This document shows positions 46,468 to 56,269 of a DNA stretch of 64,000 nt, one piece after another. Source of the stretch: an uncultured virus (IMG/VR IMGVR_UViG_3300050508_000301) (Duplodnaviria; Heunggongvirae; Uroviricota; Caudoviricetes); the IMG/VR virus record IMGVR_UViG_3300050508_000301, one strand, 5' to 3'. The translations under genes and the position numbers were made by a program. Each line of letters opens with the position of its first letter. Within the stretch, counting starts at the first letter, position 1. Under the pieces are notes generated by a model. It worked only from the letters and a program-made list of their open reading frames with translations. It made no database searches and was not told where the DNA came from.

Positions 46468-48988
46468 TCGTCTCCGGCGAGATAACTGGAGTGGCTAGCT
46501 CCGTCACAACCACATCCACTAACCAAATATCGCCCAGGTCGGGATCGTGGAGACTGGTAAAGCTGGGCATGCTTATGGTGGCATAGAATCGATTCCCGCA
46601 GTTATCACGAACCACGAGGAAACCGACGTGAGCGTGGCAGATTTCGTGAATACCTTCGATCACGTCGAGGCAGGGCGTTTCTGGCGTACACAATGCAGCC
46701 ACCAGCAATCGACGCTGGAACCGGAAACCTAGCCGCTCGAGCGGCCGGAAAGAGATATGTTTGTCCCTACCATACACCGCCTGGATGATGTGCGAGTCGG
46801 CGTCGAGGTTGGTCCAGTCCTTACTGATCGGCAACTGGGACCCGTAGGCCTCGGGGAAAGCCACGTTGAAGCTCGGATCATCCGGTGCCGTAATGATCAT
46901 ATCAGCGCCTACCGGCGAGGCAGTGGTACGACACACCTCTTCCACGAAATCGGAAAGCGAGCCGTCAACTCTCGCCTGCCGGATCCGGTAGCACACCTCG
47001 CTGTCATAAACATGGCTGTAATCATCCCAACAGAAAGGCACAGTACCGCTAGCTGGCACTCCCGTAACCGGCGATCCCGTAGGCGCTATGATCGCAACGG
47101 TAGCCCAGTCTGCAGCCATCTGCGCAGATTCCATGCGCTGGATCTCATAATAGCCGAACTTGTCCTGGGTCAACGTAGTGGGCGACCAGCACAGTCGGTT
47201 ATACGGGATCCCCGTGACCGCACATTCGGGTCTCGTAAACGGCGGACATGGGTCGCACACCCCACCAGTCACCGACTGGGTGAGTACGGTAACCGAAGCA
47301 CCGGTAATCGCCGGTGGCTGCGACAGTATCGACACCTGGAGGTCGCTAAGCCGTGCGGCAGTGTCCTCGAGGGGGAGGAATGGGTTGGTAGGGGCTATGA
47401 ATGCGTGGCCTGTTGCTGCTCCCGCCGCCGTCTGATCACCGGTACCGGTGACATACACCTCAGCGACCAGGGCGCCGATACGCCACACATTGTTGGTCTT
47501 GCCCGGTTCACCGTAGTCCGCCGCTAGGGTGAAGCGTGCCCGGACCCCCGCCGCCTCGTTAATATCGATACCGACACCAAACGGGACCGTGACCTCGTGA
47601 TAGGGATCACCATAACGGTCGTTGCCCACTAGTGGCGCCGCCAACACCATCGCTTCGGTGATACGGAAGGGTCCGGCGATCAGAGTATCCGCATTGTTGA
47701 CCAGATCGAGGTCAACATATTTCCGGTCGGATGGTGCTGTGGGGGAGGTCAGCACGGCCATATTCACTCGAGCTTTGCCGTATACCGTACTGCCGGCAGG
47801 CACAGCTAACTGCTGGCGTGGTCGCTTGGCGCTGCCGCCATCGGATTTTTGAGGGAGTGTGCCGCTGTTACTGCCGGAATAGGGTTGGGTATCCACCACC
47901 TGGGCACCAGCACTCAGCATCCGCAACGCTGGTAGGCCGTCCAACTGCGTACCTAAGGATCGGTGGACGTCCTTCTCCCACAGAACCATATCGTGCAGAT
48001 CCCAGTCCAAGTAGGTGTAATGCTGGAATCCAGTTCCCGGGTTTTTGTCCCGGAGCGAACGCCAATCGAACGACCCCGAACCGCCATAGTCGTCCGAGCT
48101 GCCGGGACAACGCACAAGCACAATATACTCTTGACCCGCTATAACCGTAGCAGGCGAGCCAGTGGCGTTTGGTTGGAACATCGTACCCGAAACCCACTGG
48201 TAGGTTCCGGGCGGTTCGATGATCGCCACTCCTGCTCGACCCTCGGGGATCGAATCGACGTGGATCCGCATAAGATCCATGATGTTGCTTTGGGTATTGA
48301 GTGCTCGAAGCTGGAGTCGCCGGTTACCGATGCTGCTAGCAAACTGACGAACAGCCTGAGGGGTCCACAGCCGGAACGGCGTTGTCCCGTGCTCAATAAA
48401 CGCCTCGGCCATGTGCCAGTTCGAGTATCCCGCCGGGAATAACCTCACCCACGAATATGCGCCGTCCTGATCGATGCGTCGCACATTCATGCTCTTTAGA
48501 CCGTTATACTCAATAGCGACGCTTAGAACATGCCGATCGAGGGGGAAGGCACTCGCCCCTGGCATGTGAACCGTAACCTGTGACGGCGTAGCTCCCGAGT
48601 TAAACAGGAACTTCCCATCATCAGCAACTGCCAGCTCGTCACCAGTTACCGCACCACCGCCCTCGTCGACCACGTTCGAGGAGGCAGTGATTGTCGAGGT
48701 ATAGCTGGTAACTGAATGCCCAGCACCTGGGTCGAACCCGCTTGCCGGATATAGCTCGACCAGGAACGGCTTGCGGTGGCCACCCCAATAGGAGGCTGAC
48801 AGAACGGGGTTGTTGGTCGACGCACCCGAATACAACGCCACCTGGTCAACGGGACCGGTCCGTTGGGGTTTGAACCGCAAGGCCCGCATGGTGAGACCGG
48901 TCTGGATGATATTAGTCGCAACCCCGACGCCCAGGAACTCGACACCGACGACATCCGGCAGGTTCGGATTCCAGTTTGATCTCGGCAT
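46457..48988 (-). CDS. large minor tail protein
   Basis: Follows tape measure; FN3-like YEIQR..YRIR. Confidence 0.7.
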   Translation of the reverse strand: MPRSNWNPNLPDVVGVEFLGVGVATNIIQTGLTMRALRFKPQRTGPVDQVALYSGASTNNPVLSASYWGGHRKPFLVELYPASGFDPGAGHSVTSYTSTITASSNVVDEGGGAVTGDELAVADDGKFLFNSGATPSQVTVHMPGASAFPLDRHVLSVAIEYNGLKSMNVRRIDQDGAYSWVRLFPAGYSNWHMAEAFIEHGTTPFRLWTPQAVRQFASSIGNRRLQLRALNTQSNIMDLMRIHVDSIPEGRAGVAIIEPPGTYQWVSGTMFQPNATGSPATVIAGQEYIVLVRCPGSSDDYGGSGSFDWRSLRDKNPGTGFQHYTYLDWDLHDMVLWEKDVHRSLGTQLDGLPALRMLSAGAQVVDTQPYSGSNSGTLPQKSDGGSAKRPRQQLAVPAGSTVYGKARVNMAVLTSPTAPSDRKYVDLDLVNNADTLIAGPFRITEAMVLAAPLVGNDRYGDPYHEVTVPFGVGIDINEAAGVRARFTLAADYGEPGKTNNVWRIGALVAEVYVTGTGDQTAAGAATGHAFIAPTNPFLPLEDTAARLSDLQVSILSQPPAITGASVTVLTQSVTGGVCDPCPPFTRPECAVTGIPYNRLCWSPTTLTQDKFGYYEIQRMESAQMAADWATVAIIAPTGSPVTGVPASGTVPFCWDDYSHVYDSEVCYRIRQARVDGSLSDFVEEVCRTTASPVGADMIITAPDDPSFNVAFPEAYGSQLPISKDWTNLDADSHIIQAVYGRDKHISFRPLERLGFRFQRRLLVAALCTPETPCLDVIEGIHEICHAHVGFLVVRDNCGNRFYATISMPSFTSLHDPDLGDIWLVDVVVTELATPVISPETIGV

Positions 48989-51900
48989 CAGGTCGTCCCA
49001 ACTGCGAACTGAATCTTCTTACGTGCCAAGGCCACCTGGATGGCGTCCGACAACCGATCGGCAGTGGCGGTCGCTTCCTCTTGGGAGATCGGCCCATTCA
49101 CGTTGACGTTCAACTCCTGGATGACTACGCCCGAACCTGAGAAGGTCGATCCCCCCAGCGTAGCATGGCCAATGTTATCGGTGCTAGGGGTGGCCTGACC
49201 GATCAGCTGGTCGAGCAACCCGGATTCCTGTGCGAGAGCTGCCGCCCGTGCCGGCTCGTTAAGTGGGATAACGACCTCGGGGGCGTGAAGCGCTGCGAGC
49301 TGATCTTTATCGATGATACCGCCGTGCTGAAGACTGCCCAGGACATCTCCAACTACGCCCACGCCCGGAATGTTCTTCAACTTACTAATCAGGTCGCCCG
49401 CTTTGTCGATCGCACTCTTAATGACGTCAATGATGCTCTTGATGACGTTCCGGGCAGTACGAACTGCGCTGGTAACGCCATCCCATGCTGCCTCGAAGGT
49501 GGAGATTATCGGCGAAGCCGTCGCCTTGATAAAGTTGATAACGGGCTGAATGGCCTTATCTTTGACCGCCAGAACCGCGGACTTAACTACGTCAACTGCA
49601 GCTTTGAAGGCATTCCATGCCGCCGTCCCAACACCGACTGCAGCTTTGAATGTACTCTGCAGGAATCTGCCGATCGGAACCAGTACGTTTTGCCATAGGA
49701 AGGTTGCCACCGTGGTCACCGCTACCACCGCAACCTTAAACACTGTCTGCAGAACGCTAGCCACCGTCCGGATGACGGGAGTCAGCACTGTCGCAATGAA
49801 GGATGCCAACGGGACCAGGACCGCGTTCCACAGTACCTTGAGGATCTCGATTGCCGACGCTACGGCGATGATCAGCGGGCCGATCATAATAGCAATCCAC
49901 ACCTTCAGTGCTACTATGAACACCTGAGTGAGGAAGTTAACTATCGGCTCGAGGACCGTATGCCAGATCGTGAGGAATACGTTGGCTACCGCCTGGACAG
50001 CTGGCACTATCACCTGCGTAAACAGCGTCCCGAGAGCAATAAAAGGCGTAATGAACGCTGCGGCGATGAACAGACCGAGAGGTACTAAGATGTCTTGCCA
50101 CAGAGACCGGAACAAATCAGCAGCGAGCGACAGCGTAGGCTGGATGTTGGTCGAGATGATAGTCGCCAGCTTGGCCAAGCCAGTCGCCAAAATCGCAACC
50201 GCTTTGGCCAGCGCTACCAGAACCGGCGCACCGATTTCCGAAAGCAGTAGCGCAGCCAGCTTGATAAGCGGAACCAGCAACGGAACCACCGCCACCAGCA
50301 GCTCCGCCAAGGCAATGGCGATCTGACCCAATGCCTCAGCCAGCTCGGGTAGAGCAGGCGCCAAGGCCTCGAGCACCTTCTGCAGCCCGTCTACGAGCGC
50401 CTTACCGACCTCTTTCAGGGCGGGCCGCAATACCTCGAGGACTTGAAGTAACGCGCCACCGAGGATCTCCGCCACCTGAGCCAGGATGGGACCCAAAGTC
50501 TTAGCGGCATCGACGAGTAGGTCGCCCAGCAAACTTGCGATGTCGGTCAGCACAGGAGCTAACGATTGAGCAACCTCACCGACCACCCGCAGGATATCCG
50601 CAAACGCAGGGCCTAGGGCATCGAGTAGAGCCGACCCAACCTCAACCATGACGTTGATCAGGGGAGTCAGCGCTCGGACCAACAGATCCAGCGCCGCAAT
50701 GATTGGCGGTAGCACAGCGCCAAGAGCATCGCCCAACAGAGTAATGACCGGGGCAGCTGCTTCACCCAGCGCAGAAAACAGCGGCATCAAGCTCTTCAAC
50801 GCCGGTTTCAGCGAAACGAAGGCGTCGACCAGCGCACCAGCAATGGGAGTGAGACCCTCCGCCACTCCCTGTAGTGCCGTCCCGAAGGCAGGTCCCAGCT
50901 CGCCAACGATCCCACCCAGAATCGTAATGAGGTTGGTCGTGATTCCTGACAGCGCAGGAGCTATGGTGCCTAAAGCACCCTGGATCGCCGGGACCGCTAG
51001 TCCAAGCTGCTCTTTGATGGTCGGAACCAGGGGCTGAAAGGCCTCAGTCAACGAAAGCGAGACCGTATCTTTGAAGGTACTAAACAAACCGGTCAGCGTT
51101 TGAGACTGCTTGGCCATCGCACCGGCCGCACCCGGAAACTCTTGCATCCCCTTGACCAGAGCAGCGATGCCTTCCTTCGCTGGCACAGCGCCCTTTTGCA
51201 ACTGCTCCTGTAGAGCCTGGGTGGTGATCCCCAAACCATCTGCCATGGCCTGGAAGACAGGGAACCCAGGCACCGCTTCAGCAATCTGCAGCAGTTCCTC
51301 GGAAGAGATCTTACCTTTGCTGGACATCTGGGATAGTGCACGCACCACCCGATCGATGGCCTCGGGCGGTTGGCCCAGAACGGAGGTTAGGTCACCGATG
51401 GTGGTGAGTAACGGCAGGACATCCTTTTGCGTGAAGCCTGCGGCTTGACCCATCGCCAAAATCTGGCGGGCGTTATTGGCTAATCCCTGGAACTCGAACG
51501 GGGTGGTCGCAGCAAATTTCTGCAGATCCTTGATGAAGGCACCAGCTGCTTCGGCAGAACCTAGCAGCGACTCGAACCCGATCTGGGTTTGTTCCAAGTT
51601 AGCGGCCGACTTGAGACCGAAGCCGACTATAGCCGCACCACCAATAGCCAGCGACGCTGCAAACAGCTTTGCCCCAGTGGCCAACGAACTAAACAGGGTA
51701 CGAGTCCGACCGAATGACCGCTCGACCGACGAACTAGCAGCTGCCGCCGATGCTTCGACCGAAGCAAACGCATCCACGCCACCAATGCCACGCAATGCCT
51801 GGTCTGACTGACGTTGCGCTTCCTGGAACGAATTCTGGATCGATTCTCCGGCGGCCTCAGCTTCCGCCACCACGGGAGAGAAGGAACTGATACCGCCTAT

Positions 51901-52332
51901 CTCTCGCAGTGCTGCATCGGATTGACGCTGGGCCTCCTGGAACGAGTTTTGGATGTCCTCGCCCGTGGATTCCGCCTCGGACTCGACGAGCGCAAACAGC
52001 TCCGGTCCGCCGATATCCCGAAGGATCGAGTCGACCTGGCGCTGAGCCTCGTTGAATGAATCTTGGATGTCCTCTCCAGCAGATTCGGCCTGAGTTTCCA
52101 GCGGCTTGAACAAGCCCGCCTTACCGATGTTCTGCAATGCCTCTCGGGCGTCTCGAGCCGCTTCCTCGAAAGCAGCCTGGATCTCCTCGCCACTGGCCTC
52201 AGCCGCTTTAGCCGTCTTGCCCTCGAGGGTAGAAAGGAATGAACCAACTTGTTTATCGGCTTTGGAGGTGTCTAGCTCGACCTCCACGAAAGCGGTGGCG
52301 ATGGGTCCGCCAGCTGGCGACGACAGCGACAT
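48988..52332 (-). CDS. tape measure protein
   Basis: FAATTPFE, SKGKISSEEL, long Ala/Leu amphipathic repeats. Confidence 0.95.
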   Translation of the reverse strand: MSLSSPAGGPIATAFVEVELDTSKADKQVGSFLSTLEGKTAKAAEASGEEIQAAFEEAARDAREALQNIGKAGLFKPLETQAESAGEDIQDSFNEAQRQVDSILRDIGGPELFALVESEAESTGEDIQNSFQEAQRQSDAALREIGGISSFSPVVAEAEAAGESIQNSFQEAQRQSDQALRGIGGVDAFASVEASAAAASSSVERSFGRTRTLFSSLATGAKLFAASLAIGGAAIVGFGLKSAANLEQTQIGFESLLGSAEAAGAFIKDLQKFAATTPFEFQGLANNARQILAMGQAAGFTQKDVLPLLTTIGDLTSVLGQPPEAIDRVVRALSQMSSKGKISSEELLQIAEAVPGFPVFQAMADGLGITTQALQEQLQKGAVPAKEGIAALVKGMQEFPGAAGAMAKQSQTLTGLFSTFKDTVSLSLTEAFQPLVPTIKEQLGLAVPAIQGALGTIAPALSGITTNLITILGGIVGELGPAFGTALQGVAEGLTPIAGALVDAFVSLKPALKSLMPLFSALGEAAAPVITLLGDALGAVLPPIIAALDLLVRALTPLINVMVEVGSALLDALGPAFADILRVVGEVAQSLAPVLTDIASLLGDLLVDAAKTLGPILAQVAEILGGALLQVLEVLRPALKEVGKALVDGLQKVLEALAPALPELAEALGQIAIALAELLVAVVPLLVPLIKLAALLLSEIGAPVLVALAKAVAILATGLAKLATIISTNIQPTLSLAADLFRSLWQDILVPLGLFIAAAFITPFIALGTLFTQVIVPAVQAVANVFLTIWHTVLEPIVNFLTQVFIVALKVWIAIMIGPLIIAVASAIEILKVLWNAVLVPLASFIATVLTPVIRTVASVLQTVFKVAVVAVTTVATFLWQNVLVPIGRFLQSTFKAAVGVGTAAWNAFKAAVDVVKSAVLAVKDKAIQPVINFIKATASPIISTFEAAWDGVTSAVRTARNVIKSIIDVIKSAIDKAGDLISKLKNIPGVGVVGDVLGSLQHGGIIDKDQLAALHAPEVVIPLNEPARAAALAQESGLLDQLIGQATPSTDNIGHATLGGSTFSGSGVVIQELNVNVNGPISQEEATATADRLSDAIQVALARKKIQFAVGTT

Positions 52333-52670
52333 CAGCCGACCTGTCCTATGGCGTAACCCATCGCACGAGCCGCTTCGAGGTTATCCCTGGTGATCGCTTC
52401 CTCACTCGGCCACCACGAAGGCATGCGTTTACCCGACTTATCGAGAGTCTTAGGTTCAGCCGATCGGCTCGCATCCGCAAGCATTTGGTCGAACTTCTCC
52501 CGTTCCTCTTTGTCGAGATGCTGGACCTTCAAGAAATAGATGAGATTGAGGAAGCGGCTATAGGGCAGAACCTCCGGGTCTATTCCCCGGTCGACGCAGT
52601 AGCCGTCGAACTCCGCTTGGAACCGCCTCGCCCATTGGTGGAGGACGATGGCGGTCCCGTAGGGTGGGGC
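52332..52670 (-). CDS. tail assembly chaperone, frameshift extension
   Basis: -1 frame open 52670-52332 (PYGTAIVLHQWA..FDGYC..RFLNLIYF..). Confidence 0.65.
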   Translation of the reverse strand, partial: APPYGTAIVLHQWARRFQAEFDGYCVDRGIDPEVLPYSRFLNLIYFLKVQHLDKEEREKFDQMLADASRSAEPKTLDKSGKRMPSWWPSEEAITRDNLEAARAMGYAIGQVG

Positions 52671-53029
52671 TTACTGTATTCCTCGATCAGGAACCGAATA
52701 ACCCCCTGCGACTGCCAACGTTCGATCGATTTGGGTCCTGCCAGGCGCAAACGGCTTGCGTACAGCTCAGCCGATTCAGGCGACAACACCAGATCGAGGA
52801 AGTTAGCTAGCCGGACGTTATAGGTATGCTGGGCCTTGGCCAGCTTGGTGAGATCCTCAGCAGTCGCCGTATCCGGATCCTTGTCGAGCAGATCACCGAA
52901 CTCGGTCAGGTCCATCAGGTCATCGATCAGACCAGCGCCGACATTGGGATACGCATGGAACACGTCGCCATCGAGGGTGAACTTGATTAGCGTCGGTTCC
53001 TTGATTACCGGCTTACTAAAGTCACGCAC
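52580..53029 (-). CDS. tail assembly chaperone
   Basis: Position upstream of tape measure; HPTGPPSSS tail. Confidence 0.75.
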   Translation of the reverse strand: MRDFSKPVIKEPTLIKFTLDGDVFHAYPNVGAGLIDDLMDLTEFGDLLDKDPDTATAEDLTKLAKAQHTYNVRLANFLDLVLSPESAELYASRLRLAGPKSIERWQSQGVIRFLIEEYSKPHPTGPPSSSTNGRGGSKRSSTATASTGE

Positions 53030-53337
53030 TATTGCATCTCCTGTTCTAGGGCAGGCCGTAGGTATGGCCTCGCCCTCATGAACCGGGTGCCTCGCTCGAC
53101 GAATCCTGCGTATTTGACATTACTGCCGATCGTCACCACCAGTCGCCTACCCCGCCGGAAGGGGGACGACGTCTGGATGGACGCACGCAGCCTGCCAGTA
53201 TCAACTGGACACTGCCGTTTAGCTCGAGTCTGCACGTTGATGCCTGTAACCATCAACCGAGCACCAAGAGGACTCACTGTTCCTCCTGGCGGACGCAGGA
53301 ACCGCTCGAGAGCGCTAGTGTGCACTTTCACAGTCAT
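53029..53337 (-). CDS. HK97 gp10-like tail component
   Basis: AKRQCPVDTGRLRASI..YAGFVERGT..ARPYLRPA. Confidence 0.88.
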   Translation of the reverse strand: MTVKVHTSALERFLRPPGGTVSPLGARLMVTGINVQTRAKRQCPVDTGRLRASIQTSSPFRRGRRLVVTIGSNVKYAGFVERGTRFMRARPYLRPALEQEMQ

Positions 53338-53867
53338 TCGCACTCCCAACAGGTCGGGATCCCAACCAAGACCGTGAGATTGGTTCCCACACATCCGCCT
53401 TCGGGGCCAACCGATGCGTGATCACCGAGACCCCAAGTATAGCCATCGCCCAGGATTGGAGAAACCGTATCGATATCCCGAAGACAACACGCCACCCCCG
53501 CCCGGACTGCGGCCATATCCGACATTACTGTGAAAGCAGTATCGTCAAGCTGATCACAGGTGGGAGGATGGTGTCTATCGCCCGTCGGCATGCAGCGGAA
53601 CACTACCACGTTGAAAGTGACCACGTCCCATGGCACGGCGCAGTTAACAGGCACGCCGAGATCCGGAACAGGGAACTTACGGGATGGGTAGGATCGTGCG
53701 ACATTGACCGTGAGCTGACCCTCTCCCTCGCAGCAGTTAGCGGCTTCAGGCTCAATGCCTGGCACCAAACATCGACGAGCTGGGCACCCAGCTTCCGTCA
53801 ACTGGAGTTTAGCACAGGCGCAGTCGAGTAGCAAGCCCCCGACCCGGTAGATCTTGGTGAAGTCCAT
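53334..53867 (-). CDS. tail terminator-like protein
   Basis: Position; GPEGGCVG. Confidence 0.6.
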   Translation of the reverse strand: MDFTKIYRVGGLLLDCACAKLQLTEAGCPARRCLVPGIEPEAANCCEGEGQLTVNVARSYPSRKFPVPDLGVPVNCAVPWDVVTFNVVVFRCMPTGDRHHPPTCDQLDDTAFTVMSDMAAVRAGVACCLRDIDTVSPILGDGYTWGLGDHASVGPEGGCVGTNLTVLVGIPTCWECE

Positions 53868-53870
53868 GCT

Positions 53871-54671
53871 TCACCCCTGAAGCCTTGCTGGCATGTGGTC
53901 GGGCGAATAGGCTCGTGCCCGGTCCTGGATGGCCCGTGGGTTCATCTGCCTGATGAAGAGATCGGCCAAGAAAACCCCGGTCAGGTTATCCACTAGAACA
54001 TCCTCAGCCCGGATCCGCTCCATGGTCACACCTTGACGGACCACCTTCTGCACCTCGAAGGAAAGCCCACATTCCATCCCGCTGCAGGCCTTAGCAATCT
54101 CGAGAGCCAGCGCTCCGACGCCCATCTTGCCGGATTCGGGCACTGGCGCACCGATGGAAGTCTCGATGATCCACGAACCGGGACCGCCCGTTACCGTGAA
54201 ATCCTGACACAGGGGCCATTCGTGGCCACCCATCCGGACCAGGCGCTGACCATCGTAAACCAGATAGTCGACGTTGGGAAGCAGAGCAACTCCGTCGACT
54301 GTTACTGAGGTAATTTCGTTGATCGTCTCAGACAGCAATACTTCAGATACTGCTGAGCACGAGCAGTTGTCTCCGCATTGGCCGCAGGCGAGGTTAAGCC
54401 AGATCCCGTTTACGAGGGAAGGGTACGGCCAACCCCAATAGCTGCCTCGGGTCAGGACACCGTCCGACCAGATGGTATCCTGGGGCCATTGGGTATTGCA
54501 GTCCTTACGGCAGGGCCGAATCTTGACAGCGCAGTTACCGAACCGTCGACCTGTTGCTGACCATAGGATCTCTGAAGCAGCCATGACCGCTGATCCGGTG
54601 ACCGCAGGGTTCACCCCTGCGAGATCACCGCACCAGATGTAAGGCCATGGCTGACACAGATCCGAATACAT
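53871..54671 (-). CDS. head-to-tail adaptor
   Basis: ILWSATGRRF, WPLCQD, RQGV, ADLFI..NP. Confidence 0.7.
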   Translation of the reverse strand: MYSDLCQPWPYIWCGDLAGVNPAVTGSAVMAASEILWSATGRRFGNCAVKIRPCRKDCNTQWPQDTIWSDGVLTRGSYWGWPYPSLVNGIWLNLACGQCGDNCSCSAVSEVLLSETINEITSVTVDGVALLPNVDYLVYDGQRLVRMGGHEWPLCQDFTVTGGPGSWIIETSIGAPVPESGKMGVGALALEIAKACSGMECGLSFEVQKVVRQGVTMERIRAEDVLVDNLTGVFLADLFIRQMNPRAIQDRARAYSPDHMPARLQG

Positions 54672-55336
54672 CAGGCCAAGGCCGCAGCACCGCAGCCCGT
54701 GAGTGCCGGCAACGGCAGAGGTGCCAGGTTGAACCCGTAGTGCGCTAGTGGTGGCACCGACGAGATCCAGTCAGGCGATGCCCCTGGACCTGTTCCCCAG
54801 CCGGTATTGGCTGCAGCGGTCTTAGCAGACAGCTGCCACTCGAGCGTGCCGTCCTCGATGGTGAAGTCATTGAACCTCCCCGCAAAGAGGTTGGGCCAAG
54901 CCCAGTAGGCCCGCAGAGGGTTGGCACCGACGCAGGCCGTCCCTGCTACCGCCTGCCAAACCTCCAGGCTGAACCGCTGCTCCACGCTGCCCTCGAGAAC
55001 CCAGAAACCGGTACCAGTCACTGGCGCACCGGTCGTAATGACCAGCGCTCCCGTGATCAAGTTCACGACATCCGGATCGATGGCACAGAACTGAATGGTG
55101 AGGTTCGATCGGCGGAACTGGTCGGGACCAACCTCGTTCACGCAGAAGGCGCCTTGGGCGTTGCGCAGCGAGTAGTCGGTACCATCCTCGTACTCCTGCG
55201 AGACCTCGACCTGCACGAAGCCGTCGGTGACCACCAGACCACCAGCACCCGTGACCGGCAGACCACACGAGTCGAGCCGAATGATCCGCATGCGGGTACC
55301 ACGGATCGGGGCAGCGCACAAAGTAGGTTGTGCCAT
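54671..55336 (-). CDS. major tail protein
   Basis: RIIRLDSCG..EDG..NAQGAFCV..FCAIDP..FSLEVW. Confidence 0.75.
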   Translation of the reverse strand: MAQPTLCAAPIRGTRMRIIRLDSCGLPVTGAGGLVVTDGFVQVEVSQEYEDGTDYSLRNAQGAFCVNEVGPDQFRRSNLTIQFCAIDPDVVNLITGALVITTGAPVTGTGFWVLEGSVEQRFSLEVWQAVAGTACVGANPLRAYWAWPNLFAGRFNDFTIEDGTLEWQLSAKTAAANTGWGTGPGASPDWISSVPPLAHYGFNLAPLPLPALTGCGAAALA

Positions 55337-55344
55337 GTTCCCTC

Positions 55345-56232
55345 CTAAGTTCCGAGCGTACCCGTTGTAACGCCCGTGATACTGATCGGTATTGCGAAAT
55401 GACAGCAATCCCAGCCGATGACGTAAGTGCGTTCAGCGACCAGAATCACATCGTTCTTGCTGCGGCTCAAAACATCAGCCGGTCGAGCCGCCGGGACTTC
55501 GATCCCTGACCTTCGGATGGTCACGGCACCAGTCCCGTAAATCCAGCGCAGACCCGCACCAGGGCTTCCGGTTGGTGCGACGGGACTGGATCCCGGGTAA
55601 CCGGCACCAGCCGCAATCAGGTGACCCGACGGACTCCGGAGCTTGGCGCCGTCCTTAGTGACCAAGTTCCACGCCGTCATGTGCGTAAGCACACTACGGG
55701 GAACGTGCAGGACGCCCTCGTTGCCGTAGCAAGACGACAGGGCTTCCTCGAGCAACGCCACGCCTTCGACGACGTCCACAGCACCTGAGACCAGCACTGT
55801 TGCTGCGGTCTGCTCGATGGTGCCATCAGAGCCGGTAATGGGGGTGCTGGCTGCCAGATGGGGAGTTGTGCCAGCCGCACCGGTCCAGAACTCGCCCTCG
55901 ACCGTCCGAGCCTCGCCGGAGGTCAGGGCTGCGATTGCTCGACGCTCCGCCTCCCCAATATACCCGATGGGACTACAAACCGGCATCGAGTAAACGGTGA
56001 ACGGGTTGCTGCCTCGAAGACCCATCGTCTCGGTGGGCATTTTGTCCGCAGGTGGTGCCGGACAGTCCATTGTGGTGATATTGGCCTGAGTGCAAGTATC
56101 CGGCTCGAACCGTACACCAAGCTGCCAATGACTATCAGAATCCTCGATCGGTTGAGCGACCGACATCAAGCCGTATGGCAGGAGTGTACGGACAGGCGAC
56201 GCAACAAGCTTTCTCGCTGCTGTCAGAACCAC
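55345..56232 (-). CDS. second capsid protein (pentamer/cement-like)
   Basis: Directly follows the major capsid gene; PFTVY..C, GAGY, WIYGTG, AERTY. Confidence 0.65.
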   Translation of the reverse strand: MVLTAARKLVASPVRTLLPYGLMSVAQPIEDSDSHWQLGVRFEPDTCTQANITTMDCPAPPADKMPTETMGLRGSNPFTVYSMPVCSPIGYIGEAERRAIAALTSGEARTVEGEFWTGAAGTTPHLAASTPITGSDGTIEQTAATVLVSGAVDVVEGVALLEEALSSCYGNEGVLHVPRSVLTHMTAWNLVTKDGAKLRSPSGHLIAAGAGYPGSSPVAPTGSPGAGLRWIYGTGAVTIRRSGIEVPAARPADVLSRSKNDVILVAERTYVIGWDCCHFAIPISITGVTTGTLGT

Positions 56233-56269
56233 TGTCCGTACACCTCCTTTCCGTTAGGTTCGAGTGCTA

